A DNA stretch of 64,000 nucleotides, taken from the NCBI GenBank assembly GCA_965279315.1, contig OZ257145.1, positions 1,933,536 through 1,997,535 on the forward strand. Direction: 5' to 3'. Within the stretch, counting starts at the first letter, position 1; every line of letters starts with the position of its first letter. This document shows, in pieces, positions 26,436 through 34,620 of this stretch. The DNA comes from Alphaproteobacteria bacterium (GTDB lineage Bacteria; Pseudomonadota; Alphaproteobacteria; Micavibrionales; UBA2020). The notes below the pieces were generated by a model that saw only the letters and a list, made by a program, of their open reading frames with translations, searched no databases and was not told the DNA's origin. The position numbers and the translations under genes were made by a program.

Positions 26436-26849
26436 TTAAGCCATACGCAGCAAGTCGATGGTTTTCATCAACATTGAACGCGACATTTCGATCACGCCGA
26501 GGTTCGCCTCGTATGAACGCTGCGCCTCGCGCATATCCATCATTTCCAGCAGCGGGTTGACGTTGGGCGTCTTCACATAGCCGCGGTCGTCGGCGGCGGG
26601 GTGGCTGGGGTCGTATTTGGTCAGGAAGTCGGTGGTGTCATAGGTGACTTTGTCGACTTCGACTTCCTTCATGTTATCGGCGCGGTTCATTTCGTTCTTG
26701 AACGTCACGATCTGGCGGCGGTACGGGTCTTCGCCCTTGGTCTTGCCGGTGGTGTCGGCGTTCGCAAGGTTTTCCGAGATCACTTTCATGCGCGAGCCCT
26801 GGGCCTTCATGCCCTTTGCCGCGAGTGTCATTGCATTGACGAGATCCAT
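26436..26849 (-). CDS. flgC: Flagellar basal-body rod protein FlgC
   Basis: MDLVNAMTLAAKGMKAQGSRMKVISENLANADTT..VKTPNVNPLLEMMDMREAQRSYEANLGVIE. Confidence 0.95.
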   Translation of the reverse strand: MDLVNAMTLAAKGMKAQGSRMKVISENLANADTTGKTKGEDPYRRQIVTFKNEMNRADNMKEVEVDKVTYDTTDFLTKYDPSHPAADDRGYVKTPNVNPLLEMMDMREAQRSYEANLGVIEMSRSMLMKTIDLLRMA

Positions 26850-26867
26850 GATATTACTCCCCTAACC

Positions 26868-27308
26868 TTATTTCAGAGCCATTTTCAGCATGGCGATGTT
26901 TTTCTGGTACAAATTGCTGACGAATGCATGGTCGGTATAGTTCTCGTTCATGCGCAGCAGCTGGTCTTCCAGGATGACCGCGTTGCCGGCGGGGGCAACT
27001 TCGTACACATCCTTTTGCTTCATGCTCGGCACTTTTTGCCCGCCGGCTGCCATGCTGTCGGCGCCGAAATGGGTGGGGTTGGTGGCGATCATGCTCATCG
27101 CGCCGCCGTCCGTGCCCGCCACAGTCATCGAAAGCGGGCTGGCAGAGCCGCCCAGTATCTGCTTGAAATCAAGCGGTTTAATGTCCATCGGGCGATAGCC
27201 CGCAGAGTCCGCATTGGCGATGTTCTGCGCGATGATCTTCTGGCGTTCTTCGTGCCAGTCCATCTTCTTCAGCATCGCGGACATCAATGTCAAATCTTGC
27301 ATCGTCAT
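26868..27308 (-). CDS. flgB: Flagellar basal-body rod protein FlgB
   Basis: Trimmed to the Met preceded by RBS GAGAAGGGGA. It contains ERQKIIAQNIANADSAGYRP and a C-terminal LYQKNIAMLKMAL. Confidence 0.9.
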   Translation of the reverse strand: MTMQDLTLMSAMLKKMDWHEERQKIIAQNIANADSAGYRPMDIKPLDFKQILGGSASPLSMTVAGTDGGAMSMIATNPTHFGADSMAAGGQKVPSMKQKDVYEVAPAGNAVILEDQLLRMNENYTDHAFVSNLYQKNIAMLKMALK

Positions 27309-27336
27309 GAGATTTCCCCTTCTCACCTATTACATA

Positions 27337-27352
27337 TGCAACGCGCGTGCCA
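27337..27352 (-). promoter_or_regulatory. sigma54 (RpoN) promoter for flgB-flgC-fliE-fliQ
   Basis: The minus strand reads TGGCAC-GCGCG-TTGCA, an exact match to the TGGCAC-N5-TTGCW consensus. It ends 28 nt upstream of the flgB ATG. Confidence 0.65.
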
Positions 27353-27419
27353 CGTAACAAGTGTCTCCCCTATTGAAAACTCTAACATAGTCGCGGAATC
27401 CTGAGTCAGGAATTTGGGG

Positions 27420-27435
27420 TTAAGGATTTGTTAAC
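27420..27435. promoter_or_regulatory. CtrA-type box TTAA-N7-TTAAC upstream of flgB
   Basis: TTAAGGATTTGTTAAC lies about 110 nt upstream of the flgB start, between the lipoprotein-gene terminator and the sigma54 promoter. Confidence 0.35.
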
Positions 27436-27450
27436 AAAGATAGGGAAAAG

Positions 27451-27485
27451 GAAAGCCCACCTCCACAGAATGGAGATGGGCTTTC
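27451..27485 (-). terminator. Rho-independent terminator of the lipoprotein gene
   Basis: GAAAGCCCACCTCCA / TGGAGATGGGCTTTC form a 15-nt stem with one mismatch. The minus strand then continues CTTTTCC. Confidence 0.7.
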
Positions 27486-27511
27486 AGCAGTCTTTTGTAA
27501 GCTGTTGAAGC

Positions 27512-28015
27512 TTAGTTATTTTGCGTGCGCTTCTCGCGTGCTTTTTTGGCTTCAATCGCGTCGGCGATTTCTTTTTCGTATTTGGCGTAATCCGCTTCCC
27601 ATGCGCGCTTGGCGGCGGGGGAGGAGAACTGCTTGGGCTTCATCCAGAGAACGATTTTGTCGGGATATTTCTGTGCCGCGCCGGATGCCGCATCCACGAA
27701 GATGCCGATGCCGCCGCCAAGAATGATGTTGCCCAAGGTCGCGCCCGACATATCTTCGGATGCCGAAACGACGCCCGAGTTATGGCCTTTCTTGGTGCAG
27801 ACAACGTTCATCGGGCCGTTGCCCTTGAGGACCGACACGCTGCCTGGCGTGCTGGGCAGGTACCAAGACCCGTTTTTGCTGTCGTTCAATTTGCACGATG
27901 CGCCTTCCGCGCCCGGCGTGTCGATGAAGATCGTTTGCTGCGTGCCACTGACGATGGTGGCGCAGGCGGTGAGAGTGACGGTAGCCGCGATAGCGAGTAA
28001 AGATTTGAATTTCAT
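27512..28015 (-). CDS. Hypothetical lipoprotein (flagellar-cluster neighbour)
   Basis: ORF 27512..28435 trimmed to Met141 (MKFKSLLAIAATVTLTAC lipobox). The upstream 140 codons are antisense to the flhB-C-like gene. Confidence 0.7.
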   Translation of the reverse strand: MKFKSLLAIAATVTLTACATIVSGTQQTIFIDTPGAEGASCKLNDSKNGSWYLPSTPGSVSVLKGNGPMNVVCTKKGHNSGVVSASEDMSGATLGNIILGGGIGIFVDAASGAAQKYPDKIVLWMKPKQFSSPAAKRAWEADYAKYEKEIADAIEAKKAREKRTQNN

Positions 28016-28129
28016 AATTGCCCTATGAAGTTGGATTTTAAAAAAAGTAGTCGCGGCGACAGTATCACTACCGCAAGTTGTCTGTATATGGCGCTCACAC
28101 CATTGGAAAACTTTTGGTAGAGTGACCGT

Positions 28130-28474
28130 ATGGTCGACATCCACGACACCGACGACGAACAGAAGAAGCCCGACGCGCTGGAGAGCCGCCGTCTTGCCGC
28201 CGTTGCGCTTAAGAAATATGGAATTGACGATGCGGCGCTGCCCAAGGTCGTCGCGGCGGGTTACGGGAAACTGGCGGAGCAGATTGTCGATCTGGCCTTC
28301 AAAAACGGGGTCAAGGTGCGGGAGGACAAGGAGATGGCGCAGATCCTCGCCGCCATCGAGCTGGATTCCGAGATTCCGTCGGAAGCGCTGGTGGCAATTG
28401 CCGAAATCCTCGCTTATGTTTACAAAGCTAATCAAATCTACAACCGCGACACCGACACGAAAGAACTGCCGTGA
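28130..28474 (+). CDS. FlhB C-terminal-domain-like protein (EscU/YscU/HrcU family, YlqH-like)
   Basis: AVALKKYGIDDAALPKVVAAGYGKLAEQIVDLAFKNGVKVREDKEMAQILAAIELDSEIPSEALVAIAEILAYVY. This matches the stand-alone FlhB-C domain pattern. Confidence 0.8.
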   Translation: MVDIHDTDDEQKKPDALESRRLAAVALKKYGIDDAALPKVVAAGYGKLAEQIVDLAFKNGVKVREDKEMAQILAAIELDSEIPSEALVAIAEILAYVYKANQIYNRDTDTKELP

Positions 28475-28725
28475 CCAAAGACGAACTGGCGAAACGCCTG
28501 AAATCCATCACCGATTACGTGCGCGACTGCGAACGCCGCGTGACACAGGGCGAAATCATGGATTTGCAGGGGCTCGACAATAACGTGGCCGAAGTCTGCG
28601 ACCTGATCGCGAGCATGCCGCCGAAAGAGGGGCAGGAGCTGGAGAGCCAGATGACGATATTGATCGGCAGCCTCGAGACGCTCGCCGATGCGATGCGCAA
28701 GCAGGATGAAGGGAAAGACGACTGA
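28471..28725 (+). CDS. Hypothetical 84-aa protein in the flagellar operon
   Basis: A GTG start overlaps the upstream stop (GTGA), and its own stop overlaps the fliO start (TGATG). It is acidic and helical. No family recognised. Confidence 0.55.
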   Translation: MTKDELAKRLKSITDYVRDCERRVTQGEIMDLQGLDNNVAEVCDLIASMPPKEGQELESQMTILIGSLETLADAMRKQDEGKDD

Positions 28726-29036
28726 TGGAATCCGAACGCCTGATGGGGGCGATGGCCGCCTTCGCCTTTGTGGTCTGCCTGATGTACGCGCTGGCATGGC
28801 TGGTGAAACGCCTCGGCCTTACCGGCGCGCCGATGCTGGCAATGGGCGCAAAACGCCGGTTGAAGATTGTCGAGCAACTGTCAATCGACCCGCGCCATAA
28901 ACTGGTGATCGTGCGCCGCGACAATAAAGAGCATTTGATCGTGATGGGCCCCGGCGGCGACACCGTCGTGGAAAGCAACATCCCCGTCGTGGACAACGTG
29001 ATCGAGCTGGAGGAGAAGGAAGTGAAGAATGGTTGA
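28725..29036 (+). CDS. fliO: Flagellar biosynthesis protein FliO
   Basis: A single TM helix AMAAFAFVVCLMYALAWLV, then KIVEQLSIDPRHKLVIVRRDNKEHLIVMGPGG. It lies immediately upstream of fliP. Confidence 0.8.
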   Translation: MESERLMGAMAAFAFVVCLMYALAWLVKRLGLTGAPMLAMGAKRRLKIVEQLSIDPRHKLVIVRRDNKEHLIVMGPGGDTVVESNIPVVDNVIELEEKEVKNG

Positions 29037-29928
29037 GGCGTTGCATTTCCCCACTCCCCTCGTCATTCCCGCGAATGCGGGAATCCAACAGACTACGGAT
29101 CGAGCCGAGGTGGGGGTGGATTCCCGCATTCGCGGGAATGACGCAAGTCGTGTTGTACGGTTTTTGAAGAAATTTATTCCGCTCACCGCCTGCCTGCTGG
29201 TCGCCGCCATCCTCTTCATTCCCTCCCACACCTGGGCGCAGAGCATTTCGCTGAACCTTGGCGGTGCGGGCACGGATGACGGCGCTTCCGGCGGTTCGGT
29301 CGCGGGCCGCGTGGTGCAGATGGTTGTGCTGCTGACCGTGCTGTCGCTCGCGCCGTCGATCCTGATGATGATGACGTCGTTCACGCGCATTGTGGTTGTA
29401 TTGTCGTTCCTGCGCACGGCGCTCGGCACGCAGCAGACGCCGCCGAACACGGTGCTGATCTCGCTCGCGATGTTCCTGACGCTGTTCATCATGATGCCCA
29501 CGATCAACGCATCATACGAGCAGGGCCTGCGCCCGATGATGAACGACGAAGTGACGGAAATCGAGGGGCTGCAAAAGGCCGTCGTGCCGTTCAAGCAGTT
29601 CATGCTGAAACACACGCGCGAAAAGGACCTGACGCTGTTCATCGGCCTTGCGAAAATCGCCGAGCCCAAGGAGGCGATGGACACGCCGCTGCAGGTCGTC
29701 ATCCCGTCCTTCATGATTTCGGAACTGCGCCGCGCGTTTGAAATCGGGTTCCTCATCTTCCTGCCGTTCCTTGTGATCGACATGGTGACCGCGTCCATCC
29801 TGATGTCGATGGGTATGATGATGCTGCCGCCGGTCATGATCGCGCTGCCGTTCAAGATTATCTTCTTCGTGCTGGTCGATGGCTGGTACCTGATATCGGG
29901 ATCGCTGGTGCAGAGTTACGGGACCTAG
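29029..29928 (+). CDS. fliP: Flagellar export apparatus protein FliP (the 5' end contains an in-frame REP element; an alternative start is TTG at 29164)
   Basis: Signal-like KKFIPLTACLLVAAILFIPSHTWA, then MVVLLTVLSLAPSILMMMTSFTRIVVVLSFLRTALGTQQTPPN..PFLVIDMVTASILMSMGMMMLPP. Confidence 0.9.
   Translation: MVEALHFPTPLVIPANAGIQQTTDRAEVGVDSRIRGNDASRVVRFLKKFIPLTACLLVAAILFIPSHTWAQSISLNLGGAGTDDGASGGSVAGRVVQMVVLLTVLSLAPSILMMMTSFTRIVVVLSFLRTALGTQQTPPNTVLISLAMFLTLFIMMPTINASYEQGLRPMMNDEVTEIEGLQKAVVPFKQFMLKHTREKDLTLFIGLAKIAEPKEAMDTPLQVVIPSFMISELRRAFEIGFLIFLPFLVIDMVTASILMSMGMMMLPPVMIALPFKIIFFVLVDGWYLISGSLVQSYGT
29062..29142. repeat. REP/MITE-like double-hairpin element (81 bp) at the fliO/fliP junction
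   Basis: GTCATTCCCGCGAATGCGGGAATC, a 33-nt spacer, then GATTCCCGCATTCGCGGGAATGAC. Confidence 0.85.
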
Positions 29929-29992
29929 CGGAACAATTAGCGGGCTTGCGCGTTAGCCTCGGGATCACTGAACCCGCCATCAAGGAAATCCC

Positions 29993-30349
29993 ATGCAAAA
30001 ATCGAAAATCCTCGTTGCGGCCATCGCGCTGACGCTGCTGGGCAGCACGGCCGTGCTTGCCGACAACAATAACGACCATAAAATCAAATGGAACCACGGC
30101 AAGGAAGCCTCTTCCGCCGCCCATGAACGCAACGCCGAACGCAAGGCCGAAAAGCGTCATTCGCGCTGGGTGAAGGGCCACAGCTTCCCCCGCGAATACC
30201 GCAACAGCAAATATTATGTGACCGACTGGCACCAGTACAAACTGCGCAAGCCGCCGAAGGGCTACCGCTGGTACCGCGCCGATGACGATTACGTGCTGGT
30301 CCGCCGCAAGGACAACGTGATCTCCGAGATCATCAACGCGCTGCAGTAA
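29993..30349 (+). CDS. RcnB-family periplasmic protein
   Basis: Signal peptide MQKSKILVAAIALTLLGSTAVLA. The C-terminal signature is YKLRKPPKGYRWYRADDDYVLVRRKDNVISEIINAL. Confidence 0.7.
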   Translation: MQKSKILVAAIALTLLGSTAVLADNNNDHKIKWNHGKEASSAAHERNAERKAEKRHSRWVKGHSFPREYRNSKYYVTDWHQYKLRKPPKGYRWYRADDDYVLVRRKDNVISEIINALQ

Positions 30350-30401
30350 CATACTGTGAATAACAAGCGGCGGCTCCGCGATTTCGGGGCCGCCGTTTTC
30401 T

Positions 30402-30548
30402 ATTCCGGGCGGAATCGTCAACGACTATGGCCGTTATCACCTGCGCCGCCCGCCGGCCGGGTATAACTGGTACCGCGCCGACAATGACTACGTGCTTGTC
30501 CGCCGCGACAACAACATTATCGAGGATATCATCGACGCGCTGGACTGA
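30402..30548 (+). pseudogene. C-terminal remnant of a second RcnB-family gene
   Basis: A start-less frame reads ..IPGGIVNDYGRYHLRRPPAGYNWYRADNDYVLVRRDNNIIEDIIDALD*. It begins inside the terminator of the intact copy and has its own similar terminator hairpin downstream (CCGGCGGTCC..GGGCCGCCGG TTCTATTTT). Confidence 0.7.
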
Positions 30549-30629
30549 TGGCAGCGCACAATAGCAAACCGGCGGTCCTGCTCCTTTCAGGGCCGCCGGT
30601 TCTATTTTCGGCTACTTTGACGTTAGGGT

Positions 30630-31847
30630 TTAAGTTGCATTCAACAGTTCGTCCTGCACGGCCAGCATCCTTGCCCGCCTGCGCCGCCTGAAACACCAGA
30701 CGGCAAGGCAGAGGCCCGCGACACCCAGCCAGGCGGCCAGCGAGACCAGCACCGCCTGCACGCCCCACAGGTCCGACACGCGGCCCATGACCATGCTGAC
30801 GGGGATGAACAGCAACGACACCAGCAGACTTTGCGTCGACAGTATCGTGGCCCTCCGGTCCGATCCCACATGGCGGTTGATCGCCTCGCTCACGCGCGGT
30901 GCGGTCATGCCGTAGATGCATGTGCCGCCCATCATGAGCAGTGCAACCCCGTGCCAGCCCACCGCCACGCTGGCGCCCAGACAGGCGACAACCGCAGCAA
31001 TCCAGGCGAGGCACAGCGCCTTGTAGGTGCCGACTTTGCCGTCCAGGCGATGGCCCATCTGGCTGGAAAAACCGCCGAGCATGAAGCCGACCGCCATCAG
31101 CAGGCCGAAGGCTTCTTCACGCAGGCCCATCGCCATGAAGTAAGGCTGCTGGGTCCACATGATCAGCTTCGTCGAGCAGAACATCACGCCCGCGAAGATG
31201 AGCAGCAGGCCGACCTCGGGATGCACGAGCGCATATTTCGTGGTCTCGATAATGTCGGCGACCGGATGCTTGTCCGGCCTTTTCCGGTGACGCTCCGGCT
31301 CGTCCATGCGGCAGGCGATCACGACGGCGACCAGCTGCATGCACAGGCTCATCACGACCGGCAGCGCATGGTTGACGTTGTACATCAACCCGCCCAGGAT
31401 GCTGGCGAACGCGACCGAGTAAAGGCCGAAGCCGCCGCGCTGGCCCTCGCGCTTCCTGTATTCGCCCTCGCGGCCGTCGGCCATCAGGGTTTCGTACAGG
31501 ATCGCGCTGTTGGTGCCGTTCAGCAGGCAGATGCCGATACCGATCACCGACTGCGCCAGCGCCGCCATGAACAGGCTGTGCGACACCAGCAGCATCGCAT
31601 AGCCGATCATTTCCAGGAGCGTGCCGAGCGCCAGCACGATCTTGCGCCGCCACTGGTCGGATATCCATCCGCACGGCACGTCCAGCAAAACGACCGTCGC
31701 GGCAAAGCAGGCTTCGCCGAGCAGGAAGTCCTTGAACGTCAGCCCGATCTCGTCCCTGTAAAAGGGCATGATGACGGGAATGACAAAGGCCATGTTCACG
31801 CATACCGCGTGAAAATTCAGGTGCCTTATGTTGCGGTCGACACGCAT
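30630..31847 (-). CDS. MFS transporter
   Basis: A 405-aa protein with about 12 hydrophobic segments and a typical MFS loop (GWISDQWRRK). Confidence 0.8.
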   Translation of the reverse strand: MRVDRNIRHLNFHAVCVNMAFVIPVIMPFYRDEIGLTFKDFLLGEACFAATVVLLDVPCGWISDQWRRKIVLALGTLLEMIGYAMLLVSHSLFMAALAQSVIGIGICLLNGTNSAILYETLMADGREGEYRKREGQRGGFGLYSVAFASILGGLMYNVNHALPVVMSLCMQLVAVVIACRMDEPERHRKRPDKHPVADIIETTKYALVHPEVGLLLIFAGVMFCSTKLIMWTQQPYFMAMGLREEAFGLLMAVGFMLGGFSSQMGHRLDGKVGTYKALCLAWIAAVVACLGASVAVGWHGVALLMMGGTCIYGMTAPRVSEAINRHVGSDRRATILSTQSLLVSLLFIPVSMVMGRVSDLWGVQAVLVSLAAWLGVAGLCLAVWCFRRRRRARMLAVQDELLNAT

Positions 31848-32258
31848 GATGTTCTTCCTTTCGTTGGCGTGCGAAAGACGGAAAGAACATCCGGATTCAT
31901 TCGGGGGAGTTCTGTCAGCCTTTCCGTTTTACGGGCGGCTGACAGCGATGATTTACATCAGTCTGGCAACCGTAGCGTTGTGGTACCGGCGGTTTTCTTG
32001 AAAAGAGGCGGGGCATAGGTTTCCTGTTCACCGTTACGCGGTGCGGAAACTTTCCAGCCCGAGACTTGCCCGGAAATGATATTTTTCATGCAATGACGCA
32101 TGGATTTCCTCTTTTTAAAAACTACATCTTCATCTCAACACGGATCGGGATTCGCGTCATTGAAATTTTGTTGCGCCGCAGCAAGTTTTTTAATTGACAT
32201 ATAGTACCGCTTTCGTCATACTCGCGCGCGTAACCCGATCAAAAAATGGAGTTCAACC

Positions 32259-32408
32259 ATGCGTTCCGTCACCACCGCCGTCCTGTTCAGCCTTCTCCTG
32301 TCGTCCTGCGCAAGCGGTGGCGGCCCGTCGCGTACCGATGGTTATGGCGCGCTTGCCGCAGCCGTGATTTTGGGCGCGGGCGTCGCGGTCTTCGCGCATA
32401 GCCGCTGA
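32259..32408 (+). CDS. Small lipoprotein (49 aa), below the ORF-track size cutoff
   Basis: RBS GGAG lies 7 nt upstream. The protein is MRSVTTAVLFSLLLSSCASGGGPSRTDGYGALAAAVILGAGVAVFAHSR, with lipobox LSSC. A TTGACA-17-CATACT promoter-like pair lies about 35-65 nt upstream, and a strong terminator follows. Confidence 0.55.
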   Translation: MRSVTTAVLFSLLLSSCASGGGPSRTDGYGALAAAVILGAGVAVFAHSR

Positions 32409-32437
32409 TTGTTTTGAGCGACCGAACAACGAAAAAA

Positions 32438-32465
32438 CCGGCGACCCTGTGGTCGCCGGTTTTTT
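32438..32465 (+). terminator. Rho-independent terminator
   Basis: CCGGCGACC-CTGT-GGTCGCCGG followed by TTTTTT. Confidence 0.85.
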
Positions 32466-32548
32466 CGTGGCCTAATCGGCTCTAAGCGCAGTCAGTTTCC
32501 TAAGCATTGGGATTTGTGACACGGCGGCCCCATGGGTATAATGCAATC

Positions 32549-32983
32549 ATGGCCGACGATAGAAACATTACAATTGCGAAGCAGGCATTTTCCGAGATAC
32601 GGACTAGGTTTTCTCACTTGCGAGTGATTGAAGACACAAATGTAAATGTTGATCTTTCTATAACATTTCCAATTCAGCCCGGTTTAAAACATCAGGTGAA
32701 TTTAAATTTACAGAGTGATGAGCTCCACTTCTCTGTGTTCAATTTTTTATTGGAGTGGTTTCCGTGCACAGCCCCTGATGTGGTCCAAGATTACATCGCG
32801 GCAGTCTCCGGCTTTTTATCTGGAGAATATAGAATTTTGGAAGTCTATGTAGGAGATAAATGCTTAAAGGCAAAACTGCAATCACCTGAGAAATCAGGTT
32901 GGAAGACAATAGGAACTTGGAGCACAGGTTGGCGCATACTACTATTTACAAAAAAGGTTTATACTATCGTTCGTAATGTTTAA
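32549..32983 (+). CDS. Hypothetical protein (AT-rich orphan)
   Basis: ORF 32507..32983 with a likely start at Met15. Its AT-rich codon usage contrasts with its neighbours. No family recognised. Confidence 0.5.
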   Translation: MADDRNITIAKQAFSEIRTRFSHLRVIEDTNVNVDLSITFPIQPGLKHQVNLNLQSDELHFSVFNFLLEWFPCTAPDVVQDYIAAVSGFLSGEYRILEVYVGDKCLKAKLQSPEKSGWKTIGTWSTGWRILLFTKKVYTIVRNV

Positions 32984-33003
32984 CGTCGTATGTCCAATTT
33001 TCG

Positions 33004-34620
33004 TTACAGGTTGATCTTGCGGTTCGGCTTTTTGTTGAACACGGGCGCGTCCTGCGGCTTGTCGTCATTCGCGACATCCGCCGCCGCATCGGGCGAGGGC
33101 GCAATCGCGGCCTTCAGGTCGTCAACCGCTTCGCCCATCGCTTTTTTCTGCGCTTCGGCGGCGATACGTTCTGCCGCCAGCCGTTCTTTTTCCTGCTGAC
33201 GTTCATAGGCGGTCTGGCGCTCTTTCGCTTCGCGTTCTTCGCGGGCGACCGGGTCTTCGAACCATTCGCGGCGTTTGCGCGCCAGCAGCTTGTCCGCGCC
33301 CACGCCAAGGCCGCCACCCGCCGCCATGCCCAGCATGGTGATCAGGATCACGTTCAGCCATTTGAAGGTATGCACATCGAAACCGTTTTCGTAGTTCTGG
33401 TCGTACATCGACCGCGCGGTCTTCATGATGTCGGAGCGCAGTTCGTTCGCGTTGCCCGGTTTTTCATGCAGCACGACATCGACGTAATTGCGGATCATGC
33501 GCTCCAGCTCCGGCGCTTTCGCGGCGGAAAAATGGATGCCGTCGGTCACGCCATGCGCCGCCTCGATGGTGCGCGCGGTGCGGGTTTCGGCAGTTTCGGC
33601 CAGCTGGTATTCGGCGGGGCCGCTATCCGACCTGGAATAGGTGCGGTAATGTTCGTTATGCGCCGTGCGCAGGGCCTGTTGCAGCGCGCCCGACAGGCTC
33701 GTCAGCGCCTGATATTCCCCCGCCGCCTGCGGCGCGTATTTCAGGTAGTTAGAGCCGCTCGCCCAGGTATTGGCGAATTTCAGGTATTCATCCGCGGTCG
33801 GCACATGTTCCTTCAATTCGCGCGCCATGCTCTGGCGGATCGCTTCCTGGTTTTCGCCATGCGTCATCTTGGCGATGTAGAGGCGTTCCTGCACGGAGAG
33901 GTCGGGGTTGCGCTCCATGAAATTCTGCAGCAGGCGCGCGGCCTGTTGGGCCTGCGCCTGATTGAAGGTGTAGCTGTGCCAGCTGTAGTCGTACACTTCT
34001 TCGGTATGGTGCGTTGTCGTGCATTTGCCGTTGCTGCAGCTTTCGGTCGTGTAATGGCGCGTATGCGTCACGTCGCGGCGGTGATAGCTCCATGAATCAT
34101 CAAACGCCGACTTGATGGCGGGCAGGGCGCGGTTGGCGTCTTCCAGCTTGGCGACCGATTCAAGCGCGGCGCGGGAATCCTGCGGCATCGCTTCGGTGTA
34201 TTCGCTGATCAGCGCGTGTTTTTTCAAAGACGCGTCGATGCGCGTCTGCAGTTCATGCGCGAAAACGGCATGGCTCTTGTTGATGTGCAGGGCGATGTTG
34301 TTGCTCTCGAACACTTTCATCGTGATGTCGTTGTTCGCGGCATAGAACCTTGTGAGGGCGGGCACGGGCTGCGATGCCTTGTTAAAATCCGCGCTGATCT
34401 GCTCGATCTCGGAAAAGGCCAACGGAATTTCGCCGGCCTTGGATGCGTAATGCCTTGTCGACAAACCGCCCGCCAGCACAAGGCCCAGCGTCACGCCGAT
34501 CCAGATTTCGGCCGAAGTGTTGAACAGTTTATGGCGCGACCATTTAAACGCGCGCTTGTACCACGGGTCGGTCGAGGGCTGCAGCAGGCTGTTGTCGTTG
34601 CGCGATTTGAAAATGGACAT
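33004..34620 (-). CDS. Hypothetical membrane protein with a C-terminal charged coiled-coil tail
   Basis: TM helix near the N-terminus (IWIGVTLGLVLAGGL) and a second near residue 430 (WLNVILITMLGMAAGGGLGVGA). The tail is REEREAKERQTAYERQQEKERLAAERIAAEAQKKA. Confidence 0.7.
   Translation of the reverse strand: MSIFKSRNDNSLLQPSTDPWYKRAFKWSRHKLFNTSAEIWIGVTLGLVLAGGLSTRHYASKAGEIPLAFSEIEQISADFNKASQPVPALTRFYAANNDITMKVFESNNIALHINKSHAVFAHELQTRIDASLKKHALISEYTEAMPQDSRAALESVAKLEDANRALPAIKSAFDDSWSYHRRDVTHTRHYTTESCSNGKCTTTHHTEEVYDYSWHSYTFNQAQAQQAARLLQNFMERNPDLSVQERLYIAKMTHGENQEAIRQSMARELKEHVPTADEYLKFANTWASGSNYLKYAPQAAGEYQALTSLSGALQQALRTAHNEHYRTYSRSDSGPAEYQLAETAETRTARTIEAAHGVTDGIHFSAAKAPELERMIRNYVDVVLHEKPGNANELRSDIMKTARSMYDQNYENGFDVHTFKWLNVILITMLGMAAGGGLGVGADKLLARKRREWFEDPVAREEREAKERQTAYERQQEKERLAAERIAAEAQKKAMGEAVDDLKAAIAPSPDAAADVANDDKPQDAPVFNKKPNRKINL

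Noticed and set aside
27512-28435. Full 307-aa minus-strand ORF
   Set aside because: Only the last 167 codons (from MKFKSLLAIAATVTLTAC) look like a real lipoprotein. The upstream part is antisense to the FlhB-C-like gene and crosses an intergenic region.
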